Assembly: GCA_035084275.1 (NCBI GenBank) | Contig: CM068744.1 | Span: 83,762,001-83,826,000 of the forward strand | From: Hydrolagus colliei | Lineage: Eukaryota | Length of the DNA: 64,000 nucleotides | Reading direction: 5' to 3' | Part shown: one piece after another, positions 11,542 through 24,075 of the stretch | How the letters are laid out: every line of letters starts with the position of its first letter | Position numbering within the stretch: position 1 is the stretch's first letter | The notes under the pieces: generated by a model | What the model was told of the DNA's origin: nothing | Seen by the model: only the letters and a program-made list of their open reading frames with translations | The model's database searches: none | Position numbers and translations under genes: made by a program

Positions 11542-12964
11542 TCAAGTAACTCTTAACATCAAGCACTGTCACTTTGTACAGGTAAGTATTGTTGCTGTTG
11601 GGCTACATTAAAAGGTCATTTTTGTTGTACACATTTTATTGGTGTGGACATTGTGATTTCTGTTGATGGTACTCTAAACATAATAGAATCTGTTCCTGTA
11701 TTTCTTACAAGTGCATGAAGTCAGTTAGAGACTAGGTCCCTATGATTAATGTACTCTAGATTTTTATTTGAGAATAGGATGTTGCATTTTGTTCCCTACG
11801 ATACCCTAACCAATGAAACATCATCCATAATGGCACATTTTGCTGACTATTCCTTTTGAAAGTGCGAAAAATGAATACCTCAAATTGTACAATGTCAGTC
11901 TCTATTACAAATATAAGCTTAAAAATATAAATGATTCAATGTTAAAGAGAAAGCATAGATCATCTTGAGAGAATCTCTTTGCACCAACATATGGCCTCAA
12001 AGGCAGAAAGTTATATCCATTGTTTTGCAATCCAGATGTAAAATCGGTGTTGGGGCACATAAGGATTTGATTGACTTCAGCACGTGCAATGAAGCAGTGG
12101 CAGATAGTGGGATAACTCTTCTGGTTCTCCACACCATTGAGCTTTTGAGTTCAGCCACATCGCTGAAAAGCTTCAAGCAGCTGCTCTCCCTTAGGGGAAA
12201 AGGCAAATTGGGGGCAGGGTTGTTGCCACTCTGCTCTTGGGCACCTGGTCGAGGCCAGATGGAAACTGCTTCGGCAAAGACTTGGGAGCAATTTGACTGG
12301 CTGTCCTCTCGGCTGAGTAACTCTGCAGCCTGGGGAAACCTAGTTAAAAGGCTATGAGAGGGGAGGAGAAAGAAAGATTTCCGTACATTCACACTTTGTG
12401 CCACAAGTCAAAGCTTGCAACGTTTCGATCTGAGGAGTTTGAGGAAATAACTGGGAACGTCAGGATGCACATATCTCACTTGGGAAGATGGAGTTTTGAA
12501 ATAAAATCTTTGGATTTGAGATGGAGCCTTGTTGCATCATCGATACATCACAAAGTGCTTCATAGGATTTACTATAAATTGTAGTAACTGTATCTGCAGG
12601 TGAACAGAGTGGCTGGCTGCATAGAAGTGCACTGGCTTAAACCTTTTTATCTGCCATCCAATTTATTCAAAGCTGAATATCCATTTAGTGTCAGCAAAAG
12701 GGTTAAAAGAGTGGATTGACTTCAGGGGGTTGATACTAATCCTAATTGCCATTTAGTGGTTTTAACTTTGTATCTCATTCAGTTTCAGTGGGTATGTTAT
12801 TGTAAGCACGCGGAGTGTAATCGAGCTCTGGGATATCAGTTTAAAAAATAACTGCATCAGTAAAATCACAAATCAACAGTAAATAATTCTGACCAACACC
12901 TCCAGGAAGTTTGCAAGCTTTCAAAATGTGGAGAGCCCTCCTTCGATAGGTAATTTAAGTTAAA

Positions 12965-13120
12965 TCCTACAGACCAAGAAGGTCCCAGATTCAGTCCCAA
13001 GTCTCTCCTGATTTAAGATTATCAAAGCGACACGAGAGGGGCAGTGACTTGGCCTCAGTGGTACTGGTCAGGTATATCAAATCAGCCTGATATCCCATTA
13101 TTGATCACTCACTGAGCACA
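12965..13120 (+). mobile_element. Ancient SINE remnant (AmnSINE2-like)
   Basis: CAGACCAAGAAGGTCCCAGATTCAGTCCC...TTGGCCTCAGTG...AAATCAGCC...TGATCACT resembles a recalled ancient tRNA-SINE; degraded and not searched. Confidence 0.45.
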
Positions 13121-14269
13121 ATCCATCAGTCATTACTGGAGGTACGTGGGAGGACATAATCGGGTTTGGTTGTCACTCCAGTGTACTTTCTCTGCTCCCC
13201 ACCGGCTCTTCTGATGAATAACCTCGTTGGAAAAGGTGCAGGAGATTGTGGTCCCTTATCAAATTGTACCTCAGTGGAAGGAAAAGTGTCCTTTGTCTTC
13301 AGAAGGGAAGAGAATGAAAAGAATGGTGGAAGAGGGGAAAAAATGGTAGGGAAGCAAAATGTGGACACTTCTGTAGGATTCTTTTAAAAACGGTGTTGTA
13401 TCATTTTTGTTACTCTGATAGGGATTGCCATATTTGTTCTTTGTACAACTCATGTAATATTTTGAATTAAGCACTGTGCCTGCTCAGATCACAATAAATC
13501 ATGCAATCAGCTAATGAGAGAACAACACAAATTTGTGTGCTAGCAATAGTTTTTTGAGGCAAATCTTCTGTGTACTTGTTTTCTGTAATCTCCCTTCATA
13601 TTTCATTATGGATGTATACCAGTTTATGAGAAGTGAATGTACTGTGGGGAACCATACAAAAGGATTTTGTGGTTTTGAGGTGGAGAATATCGCATACACT
13701 GTTTTACTGATCAGCATGTTTGTCTTTTGGCATATGTATGGTATGTTTAATTCTTTAACTTTAACTCTAGCTCCTGAAGTCATGCCATATGAAACGATAG
13801 AGGTTAAATCTTTAAATGCTGTGAGACACTTTGACATGATGAGTCACTATTTAAAATGCAACTTGTTTTGGTACAGTACTGCAACAAAAAAAAATAGAGG
13901 ATCAATCATAAATATATGCATTGATTTATAGATTTCAATGGATTATTTGTCATGTATACTTAGTAAATGTTCTGTATTCAAATCGGATTAGCATCTCATT
14001 CTGCAGTAGATGCCTGACATGTTTCCACATTGAAATGACAAACACCTTGGACCTGCTAAGGTGCCACCCGGCGGAGTCTTTAATTAAATACTACTGATGA
14101 CTGTTTAATTACCTCTTCCATATAATGGGCAGGCATTGTGAGGCCAGCCACACATTGCCTTGTAAGTAGTCAGATCATCACAGAAGCTCTCTAGCGTTCT
14201 TTCAAATTGTTGAAATACAATTTGGCCCTGACTTGTGCATCCTAATGTTGTTAATAATAATAATCTTCA

Positions 14270-14572
14270 TAATAGTAATCCTTGCATTTGATATAGCGTT
14301 TTTCACATCTTCTAGGCATCTCAAAGTGCTTCACAGAATATACTGTAAAGTGAATTGACTGTATAATTTGTGGGCAAAATGCAGCAGCCAGTTGCACACA
14401 GCAGTGTCCCACAAACAGTTGTAGATTGAAATGACCAATTTATTATTTTTTGGAGGGATTATTATCATGCATATAGAGTAAGGAAACTTGCCCAAGGTTT
14501 CGCTCTGCCTGGAATCGAACCCAGGTCTCTCACTTGCAAGGCGAGTGCTCTAACCACTGAGCTACAAGACTC
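14270..14572 (-). mobile_element. Full-length tRNA-derived SINE (short subfamily) with intact Pol III boxes
   Basis: Minus strand has A box TAGCTCAGTGG (14554-14564), anticodon-like stem-loop CTCGC-CTTGCAA-GTGAG and B box GGTTCGATTCC (14511-14521), then a Deu-like body and (ATT)n tail. Confidence 0.9.
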
Positions 14573-15289
14573 TGCCTAAAGGCAGAGTGAGATGAACCTC
14601 TTCCAGCCAGCCTTGTCCATTTATTACTGCTTTAGGGTTGCAATTTGGTAGCTGGATGTTTGGGAAAATTACAGCCTGTTGGTTTTTAACACTGTCAAAG
14701 TTGTTCATCACTAGCTTCAAGACTGGCTTGAAGTTGTTGGTTGACACACCACTGGATATTAGTGCCACAAGCCATGCAAATAACTGGCAGGGTCTGTACT
14801 CCCAAGCACAGTGAAATATCACACATTTTACAGATATTACCATCTACCATTCATAAGGGTTTTCACTTGCATTTTGGGATCTGTCATTTTTCAAAGAATG
14901 GTAACTTTCTGGTTTGCCATTTCTTTTCTAATGTCTTTCTTTCTATGTCTCTTCCTCAAATTTCAGAGTTTAAATGATAAGATATTTGTGTAGAGTTTGC
15001 TTCTTTGTGTTTGCTTTCAAGGACAGACATATTCTTGCCATTATTTTTTGTCCCTTGAAGGAGTACAATATGAACAAATGTTACAAACACCTATGTCTCA
15101 AAGCGATTCAAGGACACGAACAGATTAAGCTGTCTGGTGTATTGTTGTCTTTTGTTACCTCCCAATTTTAAGAGTCTAGTTGTGAGAGTTTAAAATCTCA
15201 ATATGAGGCTTTCCTTTTAAACCCTTCTACTCAAAGGAGTGTGTGTAGAGAAGGCATGTGTCAAAAGAGAAGGTAATTTTCCTGGTGGT

Positions 15290-15780
15290 GTGGCCATCAA
15301 ATCCCCCAAATAAAACAAAATAATTGGTCACTCACTCCATGCTGTTTGTAGCACCTTGCTGTGTGCAATTGGCTGTTGCATTTCACCCATAAAGTACACA
15401 GTCAATCCACTTTACAGAATATCCTGTGAAGTAGTTACAGACATCTTGGACAGCGTGATAAACCACAATATCAAATGCAAGCTTTATCAAATTTGAGGAT
15501 TAAATTGATGTCCCATCTGCCTGATCAGGTGGATGTTAAACAGCTAAAGGCACTATTCTAAAAGTGAAGGGAGGTTCTCCTGGTCTCGTGCCCAACAAAA
15601 AAACAGATAAAATTTGTTATTCACTTCATGACTGTTTAAGACATTGATGAGTGGAAACCTAGCTGCCAAGTTCACCCACAAATACACAGTCACTATATTT
15701 TGCAGTAATTTCTGTGAAGCGATTTGAGTTATCTCAACTACATAAGGTATAATATTAAACACAAGTGTTTGTTGTTATTA
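15290..15780 (+). mobile_element. Two adjacent degraded Deu-type SINE fragments
   Basis: GCTGTGTGCAATTGGCTG...CTGTGAAG...ATCAAATGCAAG, then an older copy (CAGGTGGATGTTAAA...GTTCTCCTGGTCTC...CTGTGAAGCGATTTG). Confidence 0.65.
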
Positions 15781-17284
15781 AAGCGATATACATCTCAAAT
15801 GTTTGTTATGAGGTCTTCAACGTAAGTTTTCCCATATGAGACTACTGGTCTTCAGGCTAGCCTGTCCTCAATTAATGGGGCATCCAAACTATAGGAAAAG
15901 GATGGAAGAGTCTGATCAATTGGCTTAGAAAAAAATACTGCTAATGAGGCTGCAGTGTTTCAACCCTGGTACTGAGCTTGGAATAAAGTAAGTCCAATTT
16001 CCCAGAAAGTGTAAAACAGCCATTACAAATATGTACAAATTAAAGGCCATACTTTATCAGAGTAGCAATGTAACTTTGATACCTTTGGTAACTTTGAACT
16101 TCCATCAACTTCTTTCCGCAACCAAATGAAGTAACGAGTTGTGCAGGGATTTGCATGGCAAGGAATCTGTGATGGCTGAACAAATCATCTGGGTCATGTT
16201 TCAGAGGTATGAGTGCATTCACTGTGCTGAATGCTGAATCCCCCATTTTGATCTGGGAAGTTGCACAGCACCACATTGTATCATTTAATATATTCAATTA
16301 TTTGCTTAAATGATTTGAATATTCGGTTGGTAAAATTGCTTCTCACAGACCAAGCACTTAAACTGCTGGGGGGGAAAACTTGGATCTGACTTATGTTCTT
16401 TAGTGCCTGTACATTAGAGGAGCTCTCCAAGAAAGGCTCCCCAAAAATCATTATTACCCAAATCCGTTGACTCTTAAGTTTCTTATGGTGGAACAAACTT
16501 TTGTTCCTCTCCTTCTATTTGATGGAGTCTTCCAATCTTGGTAAATTTCAGCTTTCAATTATGAGATGTATCAAATGTGTAGTTGTTGTTCCTTCAGCAC
16601 AAAGCTCAACCTGAATGTGAGAAGGATTGAGCAGGGGAGTTTGAGGGTTGAACACAACTCACATAATGCACATGTGTTTACGCATGGATTACATAACTCG
16701 TATAATAGGTCACAATGTGTTGCTTTCCCAGGAAAAAATTCCAGTCATGCTTTTTATGGGATTTTTTTCCATTGTGGAAGAGAGACTAATTGCAGAGTAA
16801 AATAATGCCAGTGATGTGTTTGGCTTGTGGTTTTTTTGCTTTGGGCTCAATGGGATTAATTTTGCCAGCCCTGTGAGGAGGATTTCTTTAACTTGTGTGA
16901 GGTAGGGAGGATAATTGAGAATGGTGCATTGCTGTCTTCTAACTAAAATAAAACTTCTTTTGTTGCGTCTTTGTTCAGGAGAAGTTTGAGAAAATATTTC
17001 CTTTCATTAAACTGCTTGGGGCATTATTTTGTACCCAGATTGGGACTTCTGCTGGAAACCTCATTTTTGAGTAAAGTTGGCAGTAAATCAATGAACCATT
17101 TGCATTGTATTGCAAATGACACAATAGGTCTGATAAGTCAGTCAGGCTGTTTGAAGAATGTCTCATGAGTGTTCTTTGGGGTGGGAAAAATCAACAAGAC
17201 AAAAAAGTGGCAAATAGTTGAAACGCACATTAAGATTTGTACTCATAATGTAGCTGACTTATATGCATGTCACATGTAAGTTCT

Positions 17285-17710
17285 GTACCCACATCTCACC
17301 AGCTCTTGCCCAGGCTCCACTGGCTCTCCATCAACAAACGAATAGACTTCAAGATCCGCACACCTGTGTTCAAATCCACTCACTCCCTGGCACCTCCCTG
17401 CCTCTCAGATATCCTAGCTCCCCAAACCACCACCCAGAACCTCCACTTGACTGGCCTCCTACTTGTCCCTCACACCCACCCCACCATCGGAGGTCACTCT
17501 TTCAGCCACTATGCCCCCAAACTGTGGAACAATCTCCCCCAATCCCTCTGACTTGCCCCCTCCCCTATCAAGCATCACATGAAAACCTTCCTCCTTGACC
17601 ATGTTTATGCCCCCCCCCCGCTGCAGCTTGAAGTTGGGCTCCGCCAGTGTTAAGTGCTCTGAGGTGCCATCCAGGGTGGCGGGTGCTATATAAGTCCAAG
17701 TTGTTGTCAT
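17285..17710 (+). mobile_element. L2 LINE 3' fragment
   Basis: RLHWLSINKRIDFKI...GGHSFSHYAPKLWNNLPQSL plus tail. Confidence 0.85.
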
Positions 17711-18713
17711 CTGCCTGGTTCAGGCGAATGCTAAGTTTCCCATTGGGTTTTTCAAATAAGAAAAGAGATTTTCTCCTGGTGTCTTGGACACAGTTCTCTG
17801 GGGTAATTGGTCTCCAGGGACCTACCTAATGGCTGCTTTTGGAACTTAGCTGGTGTAAATTGCTGTCAGATTTGCCTACCAAAACAATGATTTTCCTTGA
17901 CCTTAATTACTTGTGAAGTACCATCCTAAACTGTTTCACAATGCTTACCTTGTCCTGAACGACAGACAATGTTTCCTTCCCCAGAACTCACAAGGCAACT
18001 CAACAGTGATGCAGGGTGCTCTGTACTCCATAAACCGAGCCACAATATTACTCATCAGTTCAAAGTGGGTCAACACTTATATTGATTCTTTGAGACCATT
18101 GCCCTGTGGATCATACCTTTGTTTTTAAAAAAATTGTATAAGTAATAGATGTGGAGTTGTCTTGTATTTTTTCCTTACTCCCTTTTCTCTCTCTCTCTCT
18201 CTCTGTTCTTGCTCCTCTAACTCCATACAAATGCATACATCTTTCCTTCTCATTCATGAATAGAACCATTTTCAGTAAGTGCACTTCTGAAGAACACCAG
18301 CCTCTGACTCATTATCCTCTGTGCGTATCCCAGTGTACAGGATCCTCTGCTTTTAAGATGCTATGTTGTGCAGCAGATGTACTCATTTTAATTGACTATT
18401 TATAATGTCTTCATCCCCCCCACCGTCAAGCTGACATTAGAACTTAAAGAAAGTGCTGATTCTGTTAGCTGCCGTATACATAACGCAATCTTGCCTCCTG
18501 ACTGACACCAATGTGACAAGTAAGTTACACAAAGAAGACATGAAATATTAAACCTTGCAGATTCAGCAAATTGTACTTTTGCCAAACTTGGAATCATCAA
18601 AGTTGTTTTTCACCTTGTTCTGTATTCTGGAAATGAATAAGACTCCTGTTACCATCTTTTTGATGTTGACTTGTTCTGTCATTACTTTTCTGAAATGCTG
18701 TCTCTTTTTCCGC

Positions 18714-18715
18714 TT

Positions 18716-18748
<33 letters not shown>
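18714..18748 (+). repeat. (CT)n microsatellite
   Basis: Read directly; a similar (CT)n tract lies at 18186-18204. Confidence 0.9.
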
Positions 18749-19696
18749 TTATATAAGGTATTCAGAGTTTTTTTTATTGTTGTATCTAAAGTTGAAAGCT
18801 GGTTTACATGTATTGTGCACAGTGAATCTATAATTAAGTCTCTTTCTCCTTGTGTTGCTCAATTTCTATTTACTTGTGTATACTTGTGTATGGGATTTAT
18901 TGATCATTTTTCTCAGTCGTCTTCTCGTTAAACTCTTGTGTGATATTTGGTTAACGTGTAACTCGCAGGTACTTACTGGATAACAGTATTTCACGAAATG
19001 CGACTTAAATTTGGGTTCCGCTTTTTTTCTTCCTCCTCCCCCCCCCTCCCCCCCCCTTGGTGATTAGGCTTTGTTGAGATGAATAAGGCATTTACTGCTG
19101 GAGTATAGCCCGTAATTGTCCTCGCTTTCAATAGCTGTGTCTTCGAATGTATCACAGTTCAGAGGAGCCTATGGGAAAGAGTTTTTTTTTGTTGGCTTGG
19201 AATGGTCTCATCTTTCCTTCAGAATAGTTCAAGGCTCTTCTGTCATGCTTTACTATTTACAGCATTTTCCTCCTACTTCATAAAGTTTGAGTGGGATTGT
19301 TTGGAATGCTATGATCTTTGTGCTTTGAAAGATCGTCCCTGTGTAGTATTAGCATAGAAGCGTTCTTTGAATTGAAAGTTTGGGATCTGTGTCTTTGGGT
19401 ATCATGTGTCTGACCTTATCAGTTACTCCATTTAATGCTGGAGAAGTCTCCATTCTTTGAGTGTATCTGTTTTCCCAACCTCAATTGCCGTGGTGAAAAG
19501 AGCGTCTTTTTTTTAAGTGCCATTGGGAGGCCATCTCCAACTTGCCTAACACTGGGGCTCACTCTTTTACTCCTTGTCCTTCAGCGAGTAAATTATTTCA
19601 CGTGAAAATGGAATAACAACACAAGGAGCACATCAGAGAGATTGCTACATCAGAGAGAGAGAAAATTCATTCACTTCCCCTTTTTAAATAAACTCT

Positions 19697-20065
19697 GGGA
19701 GTCCTGTAGCACATTGGTTAAAGCACTCGCCCCACAAGTGAGATGACCTGGGTTTGATTCCCGGGCAGGGCAAAATATTGGGCAAATTTCCTTACTCTAC
19801 ACACCTCTGTTTACCCAGCAATGAGCAGAAACTCAATTATTAGTCGATTGGCAGATCGTTTTTCCGGGGGTAATAATCCTTTCAAAAGTATAATAATAAT
19901 TTGGTCACTCAATCCGTGACTATTTGTGGGATACTGTTGTGTGCAATTGGCTGCCGTGTTCCACCCACAAAATATACAGTCCATTCACTTGTTGTCTCGA
20001 AGACGTAATTAAGATGTCTCAAAGACATAATAAGGTGCTATATCAAATGCAAGGATTATTATTAT
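19697..20065 (+). mobile_element. Full-length tRNA-derived SINE (long subfamily)
   Basis: Head GGGAGTCCTGTAGCACATTGGTTAAAGC...GGGTTTGATTCCC, an extra internal segment, Deu-like GTGCAATTGGCTGCCG and tail ATCAAATGCAAGGATTATTATT. Confidence 0.9.
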
Positions 20066-21146
20066 AACACAAGGAGCAATCCCATATCAGAAAGAGAGAA
20101 AGAAAATTCATTTCCTGTTTTAAATAAACTATCGATTATTTTGGTAGTTGCTGTAGCTGCTAGTCCTGCCTGCTGTCTCTCAAAAGGCACAGCCATTTAA
20201 CAAACATGAATACTGGCAGTAGAACTCGGCCAACAATAGTTTCTCCCTTGCTTTGACCTACCCCAAAGGCCTCCATAATTAATCGTCCTTTAGAGATGGG
20301 GAAAAGTTCACAACTGAACGTGGTGATGTCTATTGTCTGACATTCAGTTCTCCTTACCTTCAGCTCTGTTAGCTTGGTTCGTTCGTTTTTCATTCTGGAG
20401 TGGGGTTAGCAATTGGAGCAAAGACTAGTGTCTTAAAACAGCTGCTTGTAGTGGGTGGAGTGGAGGTCAGCCTACAGCAGAACATGTATTCCTACCAACA
20501 ATAAAGTTAAAATGCAGAAAGGCAGTTGTTCAAAAGCAAAGGTGTGCGGCAATATTTTTGTGCGTTTCTTTGCGTGAGGCACGCAATTTAAGAATGTTCT
20601 CTGAGCAACCTTTTTAAATTTCCACACTCACTTATTCTGTTTTGATGATTATTGGTGTGGGATTTAGAAGGTATATGAAAGCAAATGCCAAAGGTGTACT
20701 TTTGTTTCGGTAAAATATTACAAAAATTTGCATTAAAGTATCAAGACTACTTGAGGTATGATTCTCATATTTATGCATATAATATTTTTTAAAAAGCTAA
20801 CACTTTCACTGTTTACATTTATTTTCTAAAATAAATAACTTAATTGTGTTGTTAATGTCCATTTACGTCCTAGTGGTAATGTTTTCAAGTGTGATAAACA
20901 TGATAAAAACATTTGAAATGTAAGTAAGCCATTTCTTTAGCAGTTTGCTGCATATTAAAATTGTGAATTGCCTGGTTTATATTAGAGATCACCAGCTAAT
21001 AGGCACTTGCAAGACAATAATTAAGTGAATGAGTTCTGATGTCCTCAGTATAAGAACAAAGCTTTAGGAATCATGAATATGACCCAGCCCAGTGAATAAA
21101 CTGGAGCTTTACTGACATTGAAGTATGGTCGGGCTTTCATTTTAAA

Positions 21147-21582
21147 TCATAGAATCTTATGGCACAAAAGGAGGCCATTTGGCCCATCGAGTCTGTGACG
21201 GCTCTTTAAAAAGAGCAATTTAATCCCACTCCCAGCTCTCTCCCCATAACCTCGCAAACCCGTCCTCCCCACATAAATATCTACCTCTCTTTTAAAAATT
21301 ATTATCGAATTGGCCTCCACCACCTTTTCAGGCAATGCATTCCAGATTCGAACAATTCGCTAGGTGAAAACATTTCTCCTCACCTCCCCTCTGCTTCTTT
21401 TTGAAACTATTTTAAATCTGTGACCACGAGTCACTGATATGCCCACCAGTGGAAACAGTTTTTCACTGTTTACTCTATCGAATCCCCTCATGAACTTAAA
21501 AACCTCTATTAGGTCTCCTTGCAACCTTCTTTGTTCCAATGAGAATATACCTAGCCTCTCTAGCCTTTCCTCATAGCTGAAA
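21147..21582 (-). mobile_element. CR1 LINE 3' fragment
   Basis: ORF track: SYEERLERLGIFSLEQRRLQGDLIEVFKFMRGFDRVNSEKLFPL... and LPEKVVEANSIIIFKREVD-type peptide, ending in a CR1 tail (GATTCTATGA on the minus strand). Confidence 0.92.
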
Positions 21583-22754
21583 TAATAATATTTCTGTTTT
21601 TTTATAGAAAAGTGGGAAAATATATTTTTTAAATTGTCATGTGCTATTGATGCTACCAATGTTCTGTGCTATAAACTGTTGAGAGATCAGTTCAGGCCCA
21701 ATGCGTTTCCAGAATATCTTTGTTGCACCTTCACAGGTCAAAATGCTGAGTGGGGGAAACTCAATTCGGACATATCATACCTGGCTTGCTTTTCTCCTCT
21801 CATGGTATTGTTAAAGGTTCAGGGGGAATCAAGGCACTCTATTAGCTTGGGAATGATAACAGGACATTCCTTTAAAGAGGAAAGTGCAATTTATGGGGGA
21901 TTTTTAAAAAGGAAAAAAAAATGCATGTAATTTTCCACTGTTTAAAAGCTGGGTATTGTGTATGTTGTACTATCAAAATCAGCATCACAGAGGTCTAACA
22001 AACTGGGCGAGATACTTAACCTGAAGGTATATTGCATCACTTAACTAGCTGGGAGTATTTCAGGAGATGATGAACAATAACAAAGTGTTCAGGACGAAAT
22101 AACTTACCTCTGAAACAGTCCAGCTTCCTTGTCTTCAGATTCCATTTTTAAAAAACTTTTCATAACCCTAACCCCAACGTTTGGAGTTCCCTTCTAACTT
22201 TTTTTAAAGAAATATTTTGAGTGTTCTGTGGCTTGGAGTATCAGCAAACATCAGATGAGCAGTAGAAAAACAAGAGAGCATTTCTTCATCTTGGATATAT
22301 ATTTAAAAAATAGTTTTTGCTGCTGCATTTGGTTAGTTACTAATCTGAATTAGTTTTTTGCTGCTTGCTGTGAGTTTTGCATATAGGTAGATTTCACTGG
22401 TATCTTTCACATGATCTGATACTTGTGCAGTTCACTGAGGGAGGAAAAATGCAATTTCATTTTGGAATATTTCTTTCATTAGTTATTTAGTTAACTAAAA
22501 TGCATGAGACCTCAAAAAATAATCTTTAGCATTTCCCACTTATTGCCACATCTTTGAAACGTATTGTTTTTGTGGTTCATTTACTTGTTTACTGAAACCT
22601 TATTGTTCGCCCTGTAATAATAAAGAAGCCAAGATGATTCATGCAATATTTCATTTTGGTCAATAAAAAAACTTCCCTGAGGCAGCCTATGTGGAGTAAA
22701 GGCAAAGTTATCAATCAAATTAACTAGTTTGCATTTGGGTACTGTGGTTTATGT

Positions 22755-22825
22755 GTATATATATATATATAATATATAATATATTATATATGTATATATA
22801 ATATATAAAAAATATATAATATAAT
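22755..22825. repeat. (TA)-rich low-complexity tract
   Basis: Read directly. Confidence 0.85.
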
Positions 22826-23899
22826 TTGAAGTGCAATTGGAAGTAGATGCTGTTGATATGGTAATGCAAAAAGACTCATGAAAAATTAAAACCATTCTTA
22901 TGAATCTTTAATTAGAAGCAATGAAAGGGCCACTACTGGAGCCAAATGCTTTGTTCCAACCTCTTCTCATTGGTTACTTGCCATTATTCTTCCACCTTCT
23001 CAAGCAGGCATTCACTTAAAGCTGACAAAAGTCACTTGAAGCCCAGACAGCTGTAGTCACACCTTCTCTGTACAGAAACGGTTGTTGGCAAGTAATTAGT
23101 GCCACTTAAAAGGAGCTCTCTAAATTTTTGTTTGTGTTTAGGCTAGAGTCTTGCACTTGAAATGGAAGCTTGGTCTTCGTTCCATTTGCACACAAGTAAC
23201 TCTGGTGTCTCAAGTGAGGTGGGTGGGTGGGGGTGGGGGGGGGAATGAATAAGAGGAAAGGGCAAGCTGAAGCAATCTTGCAGTATGTATTCAGGGACTC
23301 AGAATGATTCACTTTCATTTGTTTGTCTCCCGTGTCACCTTGTGTGCAGTCTGGTCCGTGACACTGATGGTGATTATGTCATTATTTTGCTCTGGGGGGG
23401 CTTTGACACATCTGCAAAGCCGATGCACATCTTCTTCCAATACTGGCATACGGCCCACATTCCCAATGCTTCATTAGTCACCATAGCCTGGCCCTCGCCA
23501 GACAAAACGCCCAGCTCTGAGCTGCTTCCTTACTGCATTGTCCATGCTGCTATCCTCGTCAGTGCTTGTGATTGGTTTTTTCAGGCACCTCCTTTTCTTG
23601 TTCTTATCCCATGCTCCAGATGTCCTGATTTCTGTCTGTACAAGCGGAAAGCACAATGAAAACGAGGTGACTTTTTAACCTATTTAGTTCCACTGTGATG
23701 AAATAAGAACTGCATTATCTCAGCAAAAGTGCTTAAATCCATTGAATGCAAGTGTTGCGTATAGATTAGGGCTTGGGGTTTTTTACATTGTGATCGATAA
23801 ATCTCCTTAGGTTTTAGTTTAGTGCAAGTATGAACTGAGAATATTGTTTTGCCTAACAATTAATATCCAGTTTGACTTCTTTGCTAGTTTTAATAATAT

Positions 23900-24075
23900 A
23901 TAATAATGAGTACATTTGATCTAGTACCTTACCATATATTCAAGACATCTCAAAACACTTCTCAAAATATACTGTAAAGTAAATTGATTGTTTGTGGGTG
24001 AAATGTGGCAGCCAATAGTGCACAGCAGTGACCCACAAACAGTCAATGGATTGAGTGACCAATTTATTTTGTTGA
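23900..24075 (-). mobile_element. SINE 3' half
   Basis: Reverse complement of the Deu-like body and tail (GGCAGCCAATAGTGCACAGCAGTGACCCACAAACAG). Confidence 0.8.

Noticed and set aside
11965-12404. Overlapping 130- and 135-aa ORFs on opposite strands
   Set aside because: Non-ATG starts, no recognisable domain and no convincing exon structure; expected by chance in a GC-richer patch.
13211-13262. CTGATGA...GAAA hammerhead-like words
   Set aside because: Stem II is poorly closed and no stem I forms.
13533-13931. 132-aa hydrophobic ORF
   Set aside because: T-rich intronic composition, includes a SINE tail remnant and has no homology I recognise.
14500-14572. tRNA-Ala(TGC)-like sequence (also at 10775, 19697, 50450, 51874)
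   Set aside because: The acceptor stem does not pair and each copy runs into a SINE body; these are SINE heads, not tRNA genes.
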